The notes under the pieces: model-generated
Seen by the model: the letters and a program-made list of their open reading frames with translations, nothing else
What the model was told of the DNA's origin: nothing
Database searches by the model: none
Translations under genes and position numbers: made by a program
NCBI RefSeq assembly: GCF_000092105.1
Contig: NC_014148.1
Span: forward strand, 1,230,001-1,262,000
From: Planctopirus limnophila DSM 3776
GTDB taxonomy: Bacteria; Planctomycetota; Planctomycetia; Planctomycetales; Planctomycetaceae
DNA: 32,000 nt
Reading direction: 5' to 3'
In this document: piece after piece, positions 21,519-29,507 of the stretch
How the letters are laid out: every line of letters begins with the position of its first letter
Numbering within the stretch: position 1 is the stretch's first letter

Positions 21519-22797
21519 TCAAAGCCATTTCGCACGCCTCATCAGCAAGCATCAGCACCCCGCAAAACCCCTCGTTTTGTGGGGTTTTCTCTTTTCCCGG
21601 GCAATCGCCTGCCAATTCGGGAAGCGTTCTGATGGCTTCCGACTGCACCGCTTTCTGCACCACTTTCTGCACCGCTTCGGGGAACGTGGCGCGTTCGAAG
21701 TGTTCATCGGTCATTTGCAGGTAATGCTGCTTGGCAATCTGCTCGCTGTTCCCCAGCCATTTCGTGACAACATGCAAAGGGAAGTTCTCGCAAAGTTCTG
21801 TCTCGCAGGTAGACCGCAGATTCTGGAACAGCTTCGGCCAGGGAGTCAGCCCCGCCCGCCGGATGATTCTTTCGAAACGGGTTCGCAGATTCTTCCGACC
21901 ATCACCCATGGAAGGAATCACGAATACACTTCCAGGTTCTGCCGCATCGAAAGCCGCTTCAAGGTGAGACTTGAGCCGGGGAAAGATCGGCACCACCCGT
22001 TTATCGCCCCCATGATGATGTTCTGTCTTCGGTGAGGAAACGGTCATCCGCTGGCGTTCCCAGTCGATATCGCACCACTTCAAGGCAAACGTCTCGCTGG
22101 GAGTCCGCAGGCCGCCGTAGCGGGCAAGAGCGACGATCAACCGCCATGTGCCATTCGGGCAAGCGTCGATCACTTTCTCGGCATCGTCAATCGTCACAAA
22201 GTGGAATCGGCTTTCGTTGGCGAGAACGGATTGCTTCAACCCCTTGAACGGGTTTTCTGTCAGGAGCTTCCGCCGGATGGCATCATTGAAAAATTGCTTG
22301 GCCACTCCTGTATGCCGCCGGATCGTATTTTCGGCCAACTTCTCTCGCTGGAGATATCTCACCCAGTCGTCGGCATCGCCTGCTGTGATTTCATCCAACC
22401 GCATTTTCTCGCCAAAGTGTTCGACCAGATGCTTGCGAACTCGCCCATAGACTGCCCGGGTTGATGGCTTTGTGCTGATGGCGCGTTTGCTGATGAACTC
22501 ATCGACGAAACTGGCCAGCGTGATAATCGCCACAGGTTCCCGGCGTGGCACCAGTTCAAGGCCGGGCCGCGATAGCTTCTCGTGTACGTCATCTGGCAAA
22601 GAGCCAACCCATGCAGCGAGATCGACTGGCCAGGGAGTTCCCGACCGCTGGCAGGCCACGAGAGCTTCCAGTCTCAATCGGAAGGACTTGGCCGCTTTGG
22701 TAGGAAGTGCCCCCAGTCGGATCGACCGCCGCCGCCCATCAGAACAGACGACTTGTAACGTGACATTGCCAGAAGCATCTTGAGAGAGACTTGCCAT
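21478..22797 (-). CDS. tyrosine recombinase / phage-type integrase
   Basis: 439 aa. SAM-like N-domain (…DDWVRYLQREKLAENTIRRHTGVAKQFFNDAIRR…). Catalytic-domain landmarks ARYGGLRTPSE (Arg I), FQNLRSTCETEL (xxLR box), VTKWLGNS, and AKQHYLQ (Tyr). The last ~40 codons overlap the tRNA/att region. Confidence 0.9.
   Translation of the reverse strand: MASLSQDASGNVTLQVVCSDGRRRSIRLGALPTKAAKSFRLRLEALVACQRSGTPWPVDLAAWVGSLPDDVHEKLSRPGLELVPRREPVAIITLASFVDEFISKRAISTKPSTRAVYGRVRKHLVEHFGEKMRLDEITAGDADDWVRYLQREKLAENTIRRHTGVAKQFFNDAIRRKLLTENPFKGLKQSVLANESRFHFVTIDDAEKVIDACPNGTWRLIVALARYGGLRTPSETFALKWCDIDWERQRMTVSSPKTEHHHGGDKRVVPIFPRLKSHLEAAFDAAEPGSVFVIPSMGDGRKNLRTRFERIIRRAGLTPWPKLFQNLRSTCETELCENFPLHVVTKWLGNSEQIAKQHYLQMTDEHFERATFPEAVQKVVQKAVQSEAIRTLPELAGDCPGKEKTPQNEGFCGVLMLADEACEMALMGGEGLEPPTFTV
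21499..21603 (+). repeat. attL: direct repeat (last 20 nt of tRNA-Val + 85 nt downstream)
   Basis: About 105 nt, roughly 94% identical to 28922-29026. Confidence 0.85.
21558..21588 (+). terminator. rho-independent-type terminator after tRNA-Val
   Basis: CCCCGCAAAAC-ccctc-GTTTTGTGGGG followed by TTTT. Duplicated at 28981-29011. Confidence 0.7.
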
Positions 22798-23110
22798 TGA
22801 ATGAACCCCTACAGTTCGAATGAGCTAGAACAATCAAACGATATCACGAATCACGAACAGCGCGCAAGAGTCATCAGCAGCTTGCATGCTTCACAGGTCA
22901 GCAGCAGCAGTGAGTTTACGTGGCCATATCGGCAGAAATTCCCACATGCCGAAAACCGTCAAAGGTCATGCCCCCCGCTGGAAGGACCCCAAAAACGTGG
23001 GACATTAACAGCCAGGGGAAATCGGCATGTCTATCGAATCCGCGCGGGTGCGAACATCGCGGGGATGAATCGACCCCCGGGAAGGACCCACGAGCTTTTC
23101 CCGTGGCCGG

Positions 23111-25711
23111 TCAATCGAAGTCCGCATGGATGGCCGCCAGTTCGTTTTCATCGATGAACCGATCACCCAGCGAAATTGGAAACGCATTCAGGCTTTCGTT
23201 GTCTACAAAAGTATTCCGCTGATATTGCGGCGAGAGAACAAAAGTCCGCTTCGGTCGTCCGCCGGAGCATGCCTCCCGCCATGATCCATACCCCAGAGCT
23301 TCCAGCCCCGAAAGATAGGTTCGGGCTTCGCTCACATCTTTGAACTGGCGTCGGGATTGAACCAGTTCGCGTGGCGTGATTTCCCCGCCCCGTTGAACCA
23401 GCCAATCGAGGAAGTCCCGCATCTCCGCTTGTCCTTCAGTTTCCCGGAGCGTGGCATAGACCCGGCGGGTTTCATTGCCGAACCATTCCACCAGGCGAAC
23501 CGCCGCATCGACCGTCTCAGCATCGACAATCAATTCCCGTTCGGGAGCAATCTCCCCGTTCGCCCATCGAATGCCATGAATCACGATGGCCAGCCGCCCC
23601 GCGTATGCCCGCAGCTTCGACCAACTGGCCGCCAGTTCCGAATCGAGTTCTCTTTGTTCGCTGGCGTGCAGATCGTGAAACTGAATGAATCGAGACTTCG
23701 CCGCCGCATCAAACCGCAGCAGTTTCGCCCGTGGTTCATCGAACTCCCCTTCCGGCGGTTCGGGTTCAAGGGCCAGGAGTCGGTTGAATAGTCCCTTCAT
23801 CGCATCGAAGAGTTCATCAGGAATTTCACACTCAGTCCATTCCAGCTTGCGGCGTGGTGGCATGGTCATCAGGAAACGGGCCGCCATTCCACTAGCGCGA
23901 TGCTTCGATGTTAGATGCTGTTTGAGTGTGAAGGGTTGAATTCCGCCAATGATTGAAACGGATGCGTTCGGAATATAGAGCCGCTTCTGCCCCGTCTTCC
24001 GGTTGATCGTCAGGGAGTGCCCCCCGAAGAGTTCCAGCCATGGCGCGGATGAATCGCCGCTTGAATAGCGTTCATGACTGGCAAACCATCCGGCGAGCTC
24101 ATCGACTGCCACGAGCATTCCGCGTGGTTGATCGACCAGCAACCCGGCGAGAGCCTCAATCGTGGCATCCGATGTCAGGAGTTGTTTACAGGCCGGTTCC
24201 ACGGGTTCAACGGGAGCTTCCTTCAACTTCCCTTTTTCGAAATCCTTCAAGTCCCGGCGATAGGCCGGTAGCTGGGCTTCATAGTCCCGCATCAGGCTTT
24301 GCCATTCTCGAACCGCAGTTCGTTGCCTTTCCTTGATTGCTCGCAGGGCAATTTCGAGGGCCGGGGTTTTCGCTTCCCCGGAAAACCCGACGATGATTCC
24401 CCACAGGATGGCCGGTTCCGTCCAACCGCGTCGCATCTGCAATCGGCGAGTGTTTCCAATGGCCGCCGCACAGGCCACGAGTAGCGGCAGTGCGATGAAT
24501 GATGGATCGCACCCCAAAGCCGCCGCCGCCGTCAGGACGAACCCCCGCACAGGATGCGGAAGTGCCTCCACGGGGAATTCACGAAACGGTTCGATCAATA
24601 GGCTTTTGTTGTCTACAAAAGTCCCTGCCCCGTTTGAAATCTCATTTCCGGCGGGTTCGATCTGTTCGGCATTGGCCGCCAGGGCTTCCAACCCTTCCAG
24701 TGTGCCCCCCTCTTTGAAAAAGTCCCGCAAGTCCAGCCCATGCGTGGGAGTCACTTCATGCAGAGCGGGCAGCAGTTTGATTGTGGCCGTCTGCTGAACC
24801 GTGGCGACACGCTCGGCGAACTTCCGGGCACCAGTTTGTCCCGGTTCGTCAGAATCGCCGATCACCCGGAGTTCCTTCCCGCCAAAATCAGGGAGTTCAT
24901 CGGGAATCGGCTTACAGCCGCAAATGTTTGTGAAAGCGATATGCCCCGCTGGCAGATGTTTTGCCAGGGCCAAAGCATCGGGCACCCCTTCACACTTCCA
25001 GACGATGCGAGCTTCGGCAAAGCGTTGCCAGCCCCCGATCACCACCCAGCCATCGCGTGAGCCGCCCACCGTGTGCGTTTTCCGCTCGGGAAGGCCGTTC
25101 GGGATGGCCGGGAAGGGTTTCCCGTCCACTCGCCGCAGGATCACCCCGACGGGCCGCTGGCCACCCGGAAGCGTGGCTGGGAGCAAAAGGCACCGTTGAC
25201 GATGATTCCCCGTGGCTGGCCACCAGACCGAACAGGCCGCCGCATCCCGCAGACTTTGAAGCGTGGCCGGGCCGACTGCCGCCAGGTATTCATCGAAGAG
25301 TGCTTCGGGATTGTCGAACCGTTCCACTTTGGAATCGAAGTCCGGCGGTTCGGCCATGGGCTTTACTGGCCGGGAGATCGGTTCCCGCTTTGCCGATGGC
25401 TGGCCAGTGTTCAGCCGGAGTTCATCGGCCACGAGCCGGAGAGCTTCAGGGAAATCGCACCCCCGCAACCATTGAACAGCCGCCAGCCCATCGCCATTTC
25501 GTTCATTGAAGCATTGATTGCAGTACAACGAACCGGCGTCAGCATCCAGCATTCTGAATCGATCTGTGCCCCCACACTTCGGGCAGGGATGATGTTTGCC
25601 ATCGAGGAGAGCACTATCAATTCCGCCAACCGTAGAGAGGATCATCTCCCATTGGCCACGGGCCGCTGCTTTGATTTCGTTCGCATCGAGAGACTGGGAA
25701 GGATGGTTCAT
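23111..25711 (-). CDS. bifunctional primase-helicase-like protein (Zn-finger + Toprim-like + DUF3987/P-loop domain)
   Basis: 866 aa. HHPCPKCGGTDRFRM...LYCNQCF (CxxC..CxxC), EGVPDALAL ... VIGDSDEPGQTGARKFAE (Toprim E / DxD), GFSGEAKTPALE (Walker A-like), VAVDELAGWF (Walker B-like). Confidence 0.8.
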   Translation of the reverse strand: MNHPSQSLDANEIKAAARGQWEMILSTVGGIDSALLDGKHHPCPKCGGTDRFRMLDADAGSLYCNQCFNERNGDGLAAVQWLRGCDFPEALRLVADELRLNTGQPSAKREPISRPVKPMAEPPDFDSKVERFDNPEALFDEYLAAVGPATLQSLRDAAACSVWWPATGNHRQRCLLLPATLPGGQRPVGVILRRVDGKPFPAIPNGLPERKTHTVGGSRDGWVVIGGWQRFAEARIVWKCEGVPDALALAKHLPAGHIAFTNICGCKPIPDELPDFGGKELRVIGDSDEPGQTGARKFAERVATVQQTATIKLLPALHEVTPTHGLDLRDFFKEGGTLEGLEALAANAEQIEPAGNEISNGAGTFVDNKSLLIEPFREFPVEALPHPVRGFVLTAAAALGCDPSFIALPLLVACAAAIGNTRRLQMRRGWTEPAILWGIIVGFSGEAKTPALEIALRAIKERQRTAVREWQSLMRDYEAQLPAYRRDLKDFEKGKLKEAPVEPVEPACKQLLTSDATIEALAGLLVDQPRGMLVAVDELAGWFASHERYSSGDSSAPWLELFGGHSLTINRKTGQKRLYIPNASVSIIGGIQPFTLKQHLTSKHRASGMAARFLMTMPPRRKLEWTECEIPDELFDAMKGLFNRLLALEPEPPEGEFDEPRAKLLRFDAAAKSRFIQFHDLHASEQRELDSELAASWSKLRAYAGRLAIVIHGIRWANGEIAPERELIVDAETVDAAVRLVEWFGNETRRVYATLRETEGQAEMRDFLDWLVQRGGEITPRELVQSRRQFKDVSEARTYLSGLEALGYGSWREACSGGRPKRTFVLSPQYQRNTFVDNESLNAFPISLGDRFIDENELAAIHADFD

Positions 25712-26226
25712 TCGGCACCCCCTTCCAAAACATCTTCACCGCAGAGCTGAATCAATTCAGGTTGCCATACTCCATGCCAAAACTTGCGTTGAGCTTCAAA
25801 GAATTCGCATGGATCAGAGCTTGTGTAGACTTGTCGGTATCGATTCAGCCATTCGATAGCAAACCAATTCGGCAAACGTGAGGCCATGATCAATTGAGAC
25901 TGCCGCACAATCGCCACATGGAAAGCGAATGGATCATTGCTTCGATCCCCGTTCGTTTCTATCTGCCAGACCGGGCCGCCATGTGGATATCGAGGGAATC
26001 CCCGCAGGATGCGAGGGCCAGCCTTTGAGACAAACGGATGAAAGCCGCAAGTTTCACCCGTCGCCAGCCATCGAGAGTTATCATCGAACCAATGAAGTCC
26101 TAGTGTTTGAACATCTTCGCGAGCAACCGCAAAGAATGCGAACTTGGAAACAATTCGCAGATGGAGCTTATCAGCATCCGTCAATCGGGATTTTCGAGGC
26201 GCACTGGTAGCGTTATAATGAGACAT
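25708..26226 (-). CDS. hypothetical protein, translationally coupled to the primase-helicase
   Basis: ATG at 26226 (MSHYNATSAPRK...). Its stop overlaps the primase ATG (ATGA at 25711-25708). Confidence 0.6.
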   Translation of the reverse strand: MSHYNATSAPRKSRLTDADKLHLRIVSKFAFFAVAREDVQTLGLHWFDDNSRWLATGETCGFHPFVSKAGPRILRGFPRYPHGGPVWQIETNGDRSNDPFAFHVAIVRQSQLIMASRLPNWFAIEWLNRYRQVYTSSDPCEFFEAQRKFWHGVWQPELIQLCGEDVLEGGAE

Positions 26227-26287
26227 AGTTGTGCCTTTCGGGAGCCACGTCCGCCAGTTGAAGGGGGAGACGTGGCTTCTCTTTTGA

Positions 26288-26500
26288 TTAGAGAACGGGA
26301 GCATTGGCCGGGGAATCACACGATTCACCACGCAGCCACTTCACGAGAGTTTCCCGGCAAAACAACACTCTTCGACCGATCTTGCGGTGAGGGACTTCGC
26401 CCCGCTTCACGAGTCGATCCAGAGTGGCCAAAGACAGCCCCAACAATCGAGCCGCCTGAACACGATCACAGGCCAGGGGTTCGGGAGAGTTAGCGGGCAT
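26288..26500 (-). CDS. excisionase-family helix-turn-helix DNA-binding protein
   Basis: 70 aa. VQAARLLGLSLATLDRLVKRGEVPHRKIGRRVLFCRETLVKWL fits the excisionase/AlpA-MerR-type HTH pattern. Confidence 0.75.
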   Translation of the reverse strand: MPANSPEPLACDRVQAARLLGLSLATLDRLVKRGEVPHRKIGRRVLFCRETLVKWLRGESCDSPANAPVL

Positions 26501-26684
26501 TGGCCACCCCGCTTTCCGCTAAAGCTTCCCGCAGGGCATTAAGCGCCGTCACATCGAAAAGTCTCAATCGGCCGGCGCGAGCTTTCGCACCGATACCGCG
26601 TGCCTTCAACAAGTATTGGACCCGATGAATTGGCACTCCCAGTTCACTGGCAAGAACACCAGCCGTCCTTAGTCGCACTTCCAT
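26490..26684 (-). CDS. second small HTH protein (excisionase/MerR-like)
   Basis: ATG at 26684 is preceded by GGAGG. VLASELGVPIHRVQYLLKARGIGAKARAGRLRLFDVTAL. Overlaps the next gene by 11 nt. Confidence 0.6.
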   Translation of the reverse strand: MEVRLRTAGVLASELGVPIHRVQYLLKARGIGAKARAGRLRLFDVTALNALREALAESGVANAR

Positions 26685-26827
26685 AATGAAAACCTCCACA
26701 GATTGTGATTTGAGCACTCGCTCACCAATCTGCAGCGTTCACAGAAAATGGCCGTGGATTTGAGTTTTTCAGCTAGGAAAGCGGCTTTTGTTGTTCATGA
26801 ATATCGTGAATGCGTTCATGAACGCAA

Positions 26828-28021
26828 TTAACGCTGTCGTGGCTTTCTTGAAGCGGATTTCATCTCTCGCTGCTGCTCATCAATAAGCTCATCAAGCTCA
26901 GCGATTTCTTTCTGTTGATCTCTTTCAGACCGAACAGCAAACTGATTCATTGTATGGCCATCAACACTTCCAGTTCGCACGCTGGTCCCTTTGCGTTTCT
27001 TTTTGGGCACCTTTCCATCTCTTGTTGCAGCTATCCAGAGAGGCAACTGGCCAACCATTCCTACGGAGCAACCGATTTTTTTGGCAGCTTGCTCATGGGT
27101 CAATTCGAAACACCTCCCTTGTGTAGCTTTTGCAAGTTCTCCCAGTATGCGATTTGACTCTTCTTTAGACTGCCGATTTTTCTTCGTGGCGGGCTTAGGT
27201 GAGGCACTCGGTTGAACTGCCGGAGTTTCCTCCGGCCAGTTCGCAATCACCCAGTCGATTGCATGAATGCTGGCCATGTGTAAGTCATCAATTCGGATAT
27301 ACCAAGACATCGGCACTTGAACAGGATTGCCCGCACGATCTTTAGCATCGGGAAGTAGCCCCAACTGCAACTCTTCATCCCAATAGGCACGTTCCAAATC
27401 GTCCTTCCAAGTCCTCATGTCGAACCGGAACGGCGCAGACAGTTCCTGCCCATTGTCTAGCTTCTCGAAGTACCAACCGCGTGGATAAATATGATGCGCA
27501 GGAATCGGCGGCTGAAGATTACCCAGCTTGACAAGCCACGAGAGCCACAATGAATCACTCTCAAGGTCCAATGCAGAATTGAACTCTATTAGCTTTGACG
27601 CTTGTTGCGTCACCGCACTGACCAACCCAGACTCATACGATTTCATGAATTGGTTATAGCGAAACGAATACAACCCCTTTAGCTCATCGCCAAACTTCTT
27701 TACGTCCCGCATTGTTGGATCAAATACTCGATATTCTCCCGTCGCCCCGCTCCAAGATTGAGCTGGAATGGTGAACATAAAGCGATTCAGTTCTCGAAGA
27801 TGCTTTCCGTACACATACGGCCAGGGATCATCGTCTTCGCTATAGTTATCTTTCAGCGCCTCTATAGTGCGATTCCCTGATGCTTTCGCAATGTCCGGGA
27901 CATATACGACCACAATGCCAAGTGGCGAGTAACCCGGCCGGGTTGTTTCCTGAACGATTTGTTGCTGCGTACGCTCAAGCGACTTTAGGCAGACCTTCAA
28001 CGCATTGCCACTCGTCGTCAT
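26828..28021 (-). CDS. hypothetical 397-aa protein with C-terminal HTH-like segment and basic/coiled tail
   Basis: Clean ORF with an ATG start, visibly more AT-rich than its neighbours. C-terminal LTHEQAAKKIGCSVGMVGQL followed by KKKRKG and ELDELIDEQQREMK. The N-terminal ~270 aa are unrecognisable. Confidence 0.7.
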   Translation of the reverse strand: MTTSGNALKVCLKSLERTQQQIVQETTRPGYSPLGIVVVYVPDIAKASGNRTIEALKDNYSEDDDPWPYVYGKHLRELNRFMFTIPAQSWSGATGEYRVFDPTMRDVKKFGDELKGLYSFRYNQFMKSYESGLVSAVTQQASKLIEFNSALDLESDSLWLSWLVKLGNLQPPIPAHHIYPRGWYFEKLDNGQELSAPFRFDMRTWKDDLERAYWDEELQLGLLPDAKDRAGNPVQVPMSWYIRIDDLHMASIHAIDWVIANWPEETPAVQPSASPKPATKKNRQSKEESNRILGELAKATQGRCFELTHEQAAKKIGCSVGMVGQLPLWIAATRDGKVPKKKRKGTSVRTGSVDGHTMNQFAVRSERDQQKEIAELDELIDEQQREMKSASRKPRQR

Positions 28022-28150
28022 GTTTCCCCCCCCTACTCCTGAAACGGGACAGCACCCGCAGCCGCCAGGGAGTAGGGTTCCCCGCAGCCACGGGTGCTGA
28101 TTTCAGCATTAAGGGCTTGCAATCCCTCAATGGCACCCTAAGACTCGATT

Positions 28151-28576
28151 CTATCGTGGCAAGTGTGGAGTTTGAATACTCCCGTCATTTTGACGCAAGC
28201 CATTCGCTTTCATCGCTTCAATTCTTGGACTCGATTTCGCAGCGGTACGTTCCGCCGCTGGCCGCCGTCGTTTCTTGGCCGGTTGATCACCCTCCGGCTT
28301 TTTGGTTGGTTGTTGTTGCGCAGAGAGCTTTCTCCGTGCCGCTTGCAAGAGTTCCTCGGGCCAGGGCCGAATCCGATGCTTATTCCCGCCCACCCAGTTT
28401 TGGTAAGCCGCCAATAGACCTTTACCAAAATCGCTCGGATCACGCTGATTCAAGTGAGTTAGCACGAGTGCCGCCACAAGATCATCAACCCGTATATCCG
28501 CATGACAGCATCTCAACTTAAGTTGCCGCACCATTTCCGCATTCATCCTCAGTGTGATCTTCCCATCCGTTGACAT
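28151..28576 (-). CDS. putative ribbon-helix-helix (CopG/Arc-like) DNA-binding protein with basic tail
   Basis: 141 aa. ATG preceded by GAGGGGG. KITLRMNAEMVRQLKLRCCHADIRVDDLVAALVLTHL looks like a beta-strand plus two helices of an RHH fold. The fold assignment is an inference. Confidence 0.55.
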   Translation of the reverse strand: MSTDGKITLRMNAEMVRQLKLRCCHADIRVDDLVAALVLTHLNQRDPSDFGKGLLAAYQNWVGGNKHRIRPWPEELLQAARRKLSAQQQPTKKPEGDQPAKKRRRPAAERTAAKSSPRIEAMKANGLRQNDGSIQTPHLPR

Positions 28577-28648
28577 CGGATTCCCCCTCTTTCGACCCGC
28601 TGGAGATCACTGGCCAGCCCACGGGCCGCAAGACGTGCCAGCGTGCCC

Positions 28649-28903
28649 CTATCGGGCTGAAAGATCTTTGGACAATGGTTTCCCCGTCCGTGAGTATTGA
28701 GTCGATCCACGGGCCGCTGCCATCGCTTCCGCGTGGCTGGCGAGGGCTTGCCGGTCATCGGGAGAGAGCCGCCCCCAACATGCCGCCAGTCGCCGGAGAT
28801 CGGCATCCGTGGCTAGAGCTTGCACCAACCCAGCCACGAGAGCGGATGAATTCTGAACTGCACCGCTTTCTGCACCGCTTGAACCAGGAAATGCGGTTTT
28901 CAA
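28649..28903 (-). CDS. possible small protein at the element's right end (start uncertain)
   Basis: Track ORF 28649-29065 begins inside attR, so its N-terminus is tRNA/att-encoded. An internal TTG at 28903 or a downstream GTG is the more plausible start. Contains …LAACWGRLSPDDRQALASHAEAMAAARG…. Confidence 0.3.
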   Translation of the reverse strand: MKTAFPGSSGAESGAVQNSSALVAGLVQALATDADLRRLAACWGRLSPDDRQALASHAEAMAAARGSTQYSRTGKPLSKDLSAR

Positions 28904-28921
28904 GCTGGAAAGTGGGGGTTG

Positions 28922-29026
28922 TTCGAGTCCCTCACCGCCCATCAAAGCCATTTCGCACGCCTCATCAGCAAGCATCACGACCCCGCAAAACCCCATGTTT
29001 TGTGGGGTTTTCTCTTCTCCCGGGCA
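28922..29026 (+). repeat. attR: displaced copy of tRNA-Val 3' end + downstream 85 nt
   Basis: Matches 21499-21603, including the terminator hairpin (28981-29011). Confidence 0.85.
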
Positions 29027-29053
29027 TCCCCCTTCCAACGAGCCGGAAGCGTC

Positions 29054-29172
29054 AGCGACGGGCACTCAGTAGCGACGGGCACTCAGTAGCGACGGGCACT
29101 CAGTAGCGACGGGCACTCAGTAGCGACGGGCACTCAGTAGCGACGGGCATTCAGTAGCGACGGGCATTCAGT
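29054..29172 (+). repeat. tandem repeat, 17 bp x 7 (AGCGACGGGCAYTCAGT)
   Basis: Counted directly: units start at 29054, 29071, 29088, 29105, 29122, 29139 and 29156. The last two carry C>T. Each unit junction creates GTAG. The unit derives from the dispersed repeat also seen at 1724 and 11228. Confidence 0.95.
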
Positions 29173-29191
29173 AGGGTCCGCTCTGCGGACC
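29171..29191. repeat. REP hairpin GTAG-GGTCCGC-tct-GCGGACC
   Basis: Sister of 1557-1577. Confidence 0.7.
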
Positions 29192-29263
29192 ATAACCCGC
29201 TTCAAAAGCCCCGTAGGTTGCCTGAAGTTCCGACGCAATGCACCAACTACCTTCCCAATTAAA

Positions 29264-29345
29264 GTAGGGCAGGCTCCCGCCTGCCACTCGCAGGGTGGCC
29301 CAGACGTGGCTTTGCACGTCTGGGTGACGACAGTCACAAGAAATC
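29264..29345. repeat. REP hairpin (GTAGGGCAGGctcccgCCTGCC) + partial inverted copy of the MITE/REP-like element (29290-29345)
   Basis: GCAGGGTGGCCCAGACGTGgctttgCACGTCTGGGTGACgacaGTCACaagaaat is the reverse complement of the plus-strand sequence at 3975-4035 and 5140-5196. Confidence 0.75.
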
Positions 29346-29421
29346 ATGGTTCACAATACACCACCGTAGTGTCCGCGCTACGAACTTTATTTCGCCCACT
29401 ACCACCCACAGAACTTCATAA

Positions 29422-29443
29422 GTAGGGTGCATGCCAATGCACC
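29422..29443. repeat. REP-like hairpin GTAG-GGTGCAT-gcca-ATGCACC
   Basis: A 7-bp perfect stem follows a GTAG head. Confidence 0.6.
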
Positions 29444-29507
29444 AATTCAAACGGCAACACACCAAACTCACAAACGGCCACCTTGCGCCGCCCACTGGAA
29501 CGAAATA

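Larger units (their letters stand above)
21499..29026. mobile_element. 7.5-kb tRNA-Val-integrated element (integrase, primase-helicase, excisionase-type HTHs, RHH, cargo)
   Basis: Bounded by ~105-bp direct repeats, one of which is the 3' end of an intact tRNA. The integrase gene is adjacent to the tRNA, and all genes are co-oriented on the minus strand. Confidence 0.85.

Noticed and set aside
21478-22797. Is this tyrosine recombinase the missing integron integrase for the cassette array?
   Set aside because: It lies 9 kb from the array with uvrB, a propeller gene and a sigma/kinase operon in between. It is part of a tRNA-Val island with its own att repeats, and it is not adjacent and divergent to the first cassette as intI/attI would be. 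I cannot see an IntI-specific extra segment by eye. An alignment to IntI profiles would settle this.
23005-25859. Many plus-strand ORFs across the primase-helicase gene (24333-24797, 24961-25509, 25073-25750 and others)
   Set aside because: They are antisense shadows of an 866-aa frame that has Zn-finger, Toprim and P-loop motifs. They are Arg/Pro/Ser-rich and overlap one another.
26243-26277. 9-bp hairpin AGCCACGTC...GACGTGGCT between the excisionase-type gene and the 172-aa ORF, considered as a terminator
   Set aside because: No U-tract follows it on the transcribed (minus) strand, and the downstream gene starts 17 nt later. There is insufficient support to call it a terminator or attenuator.
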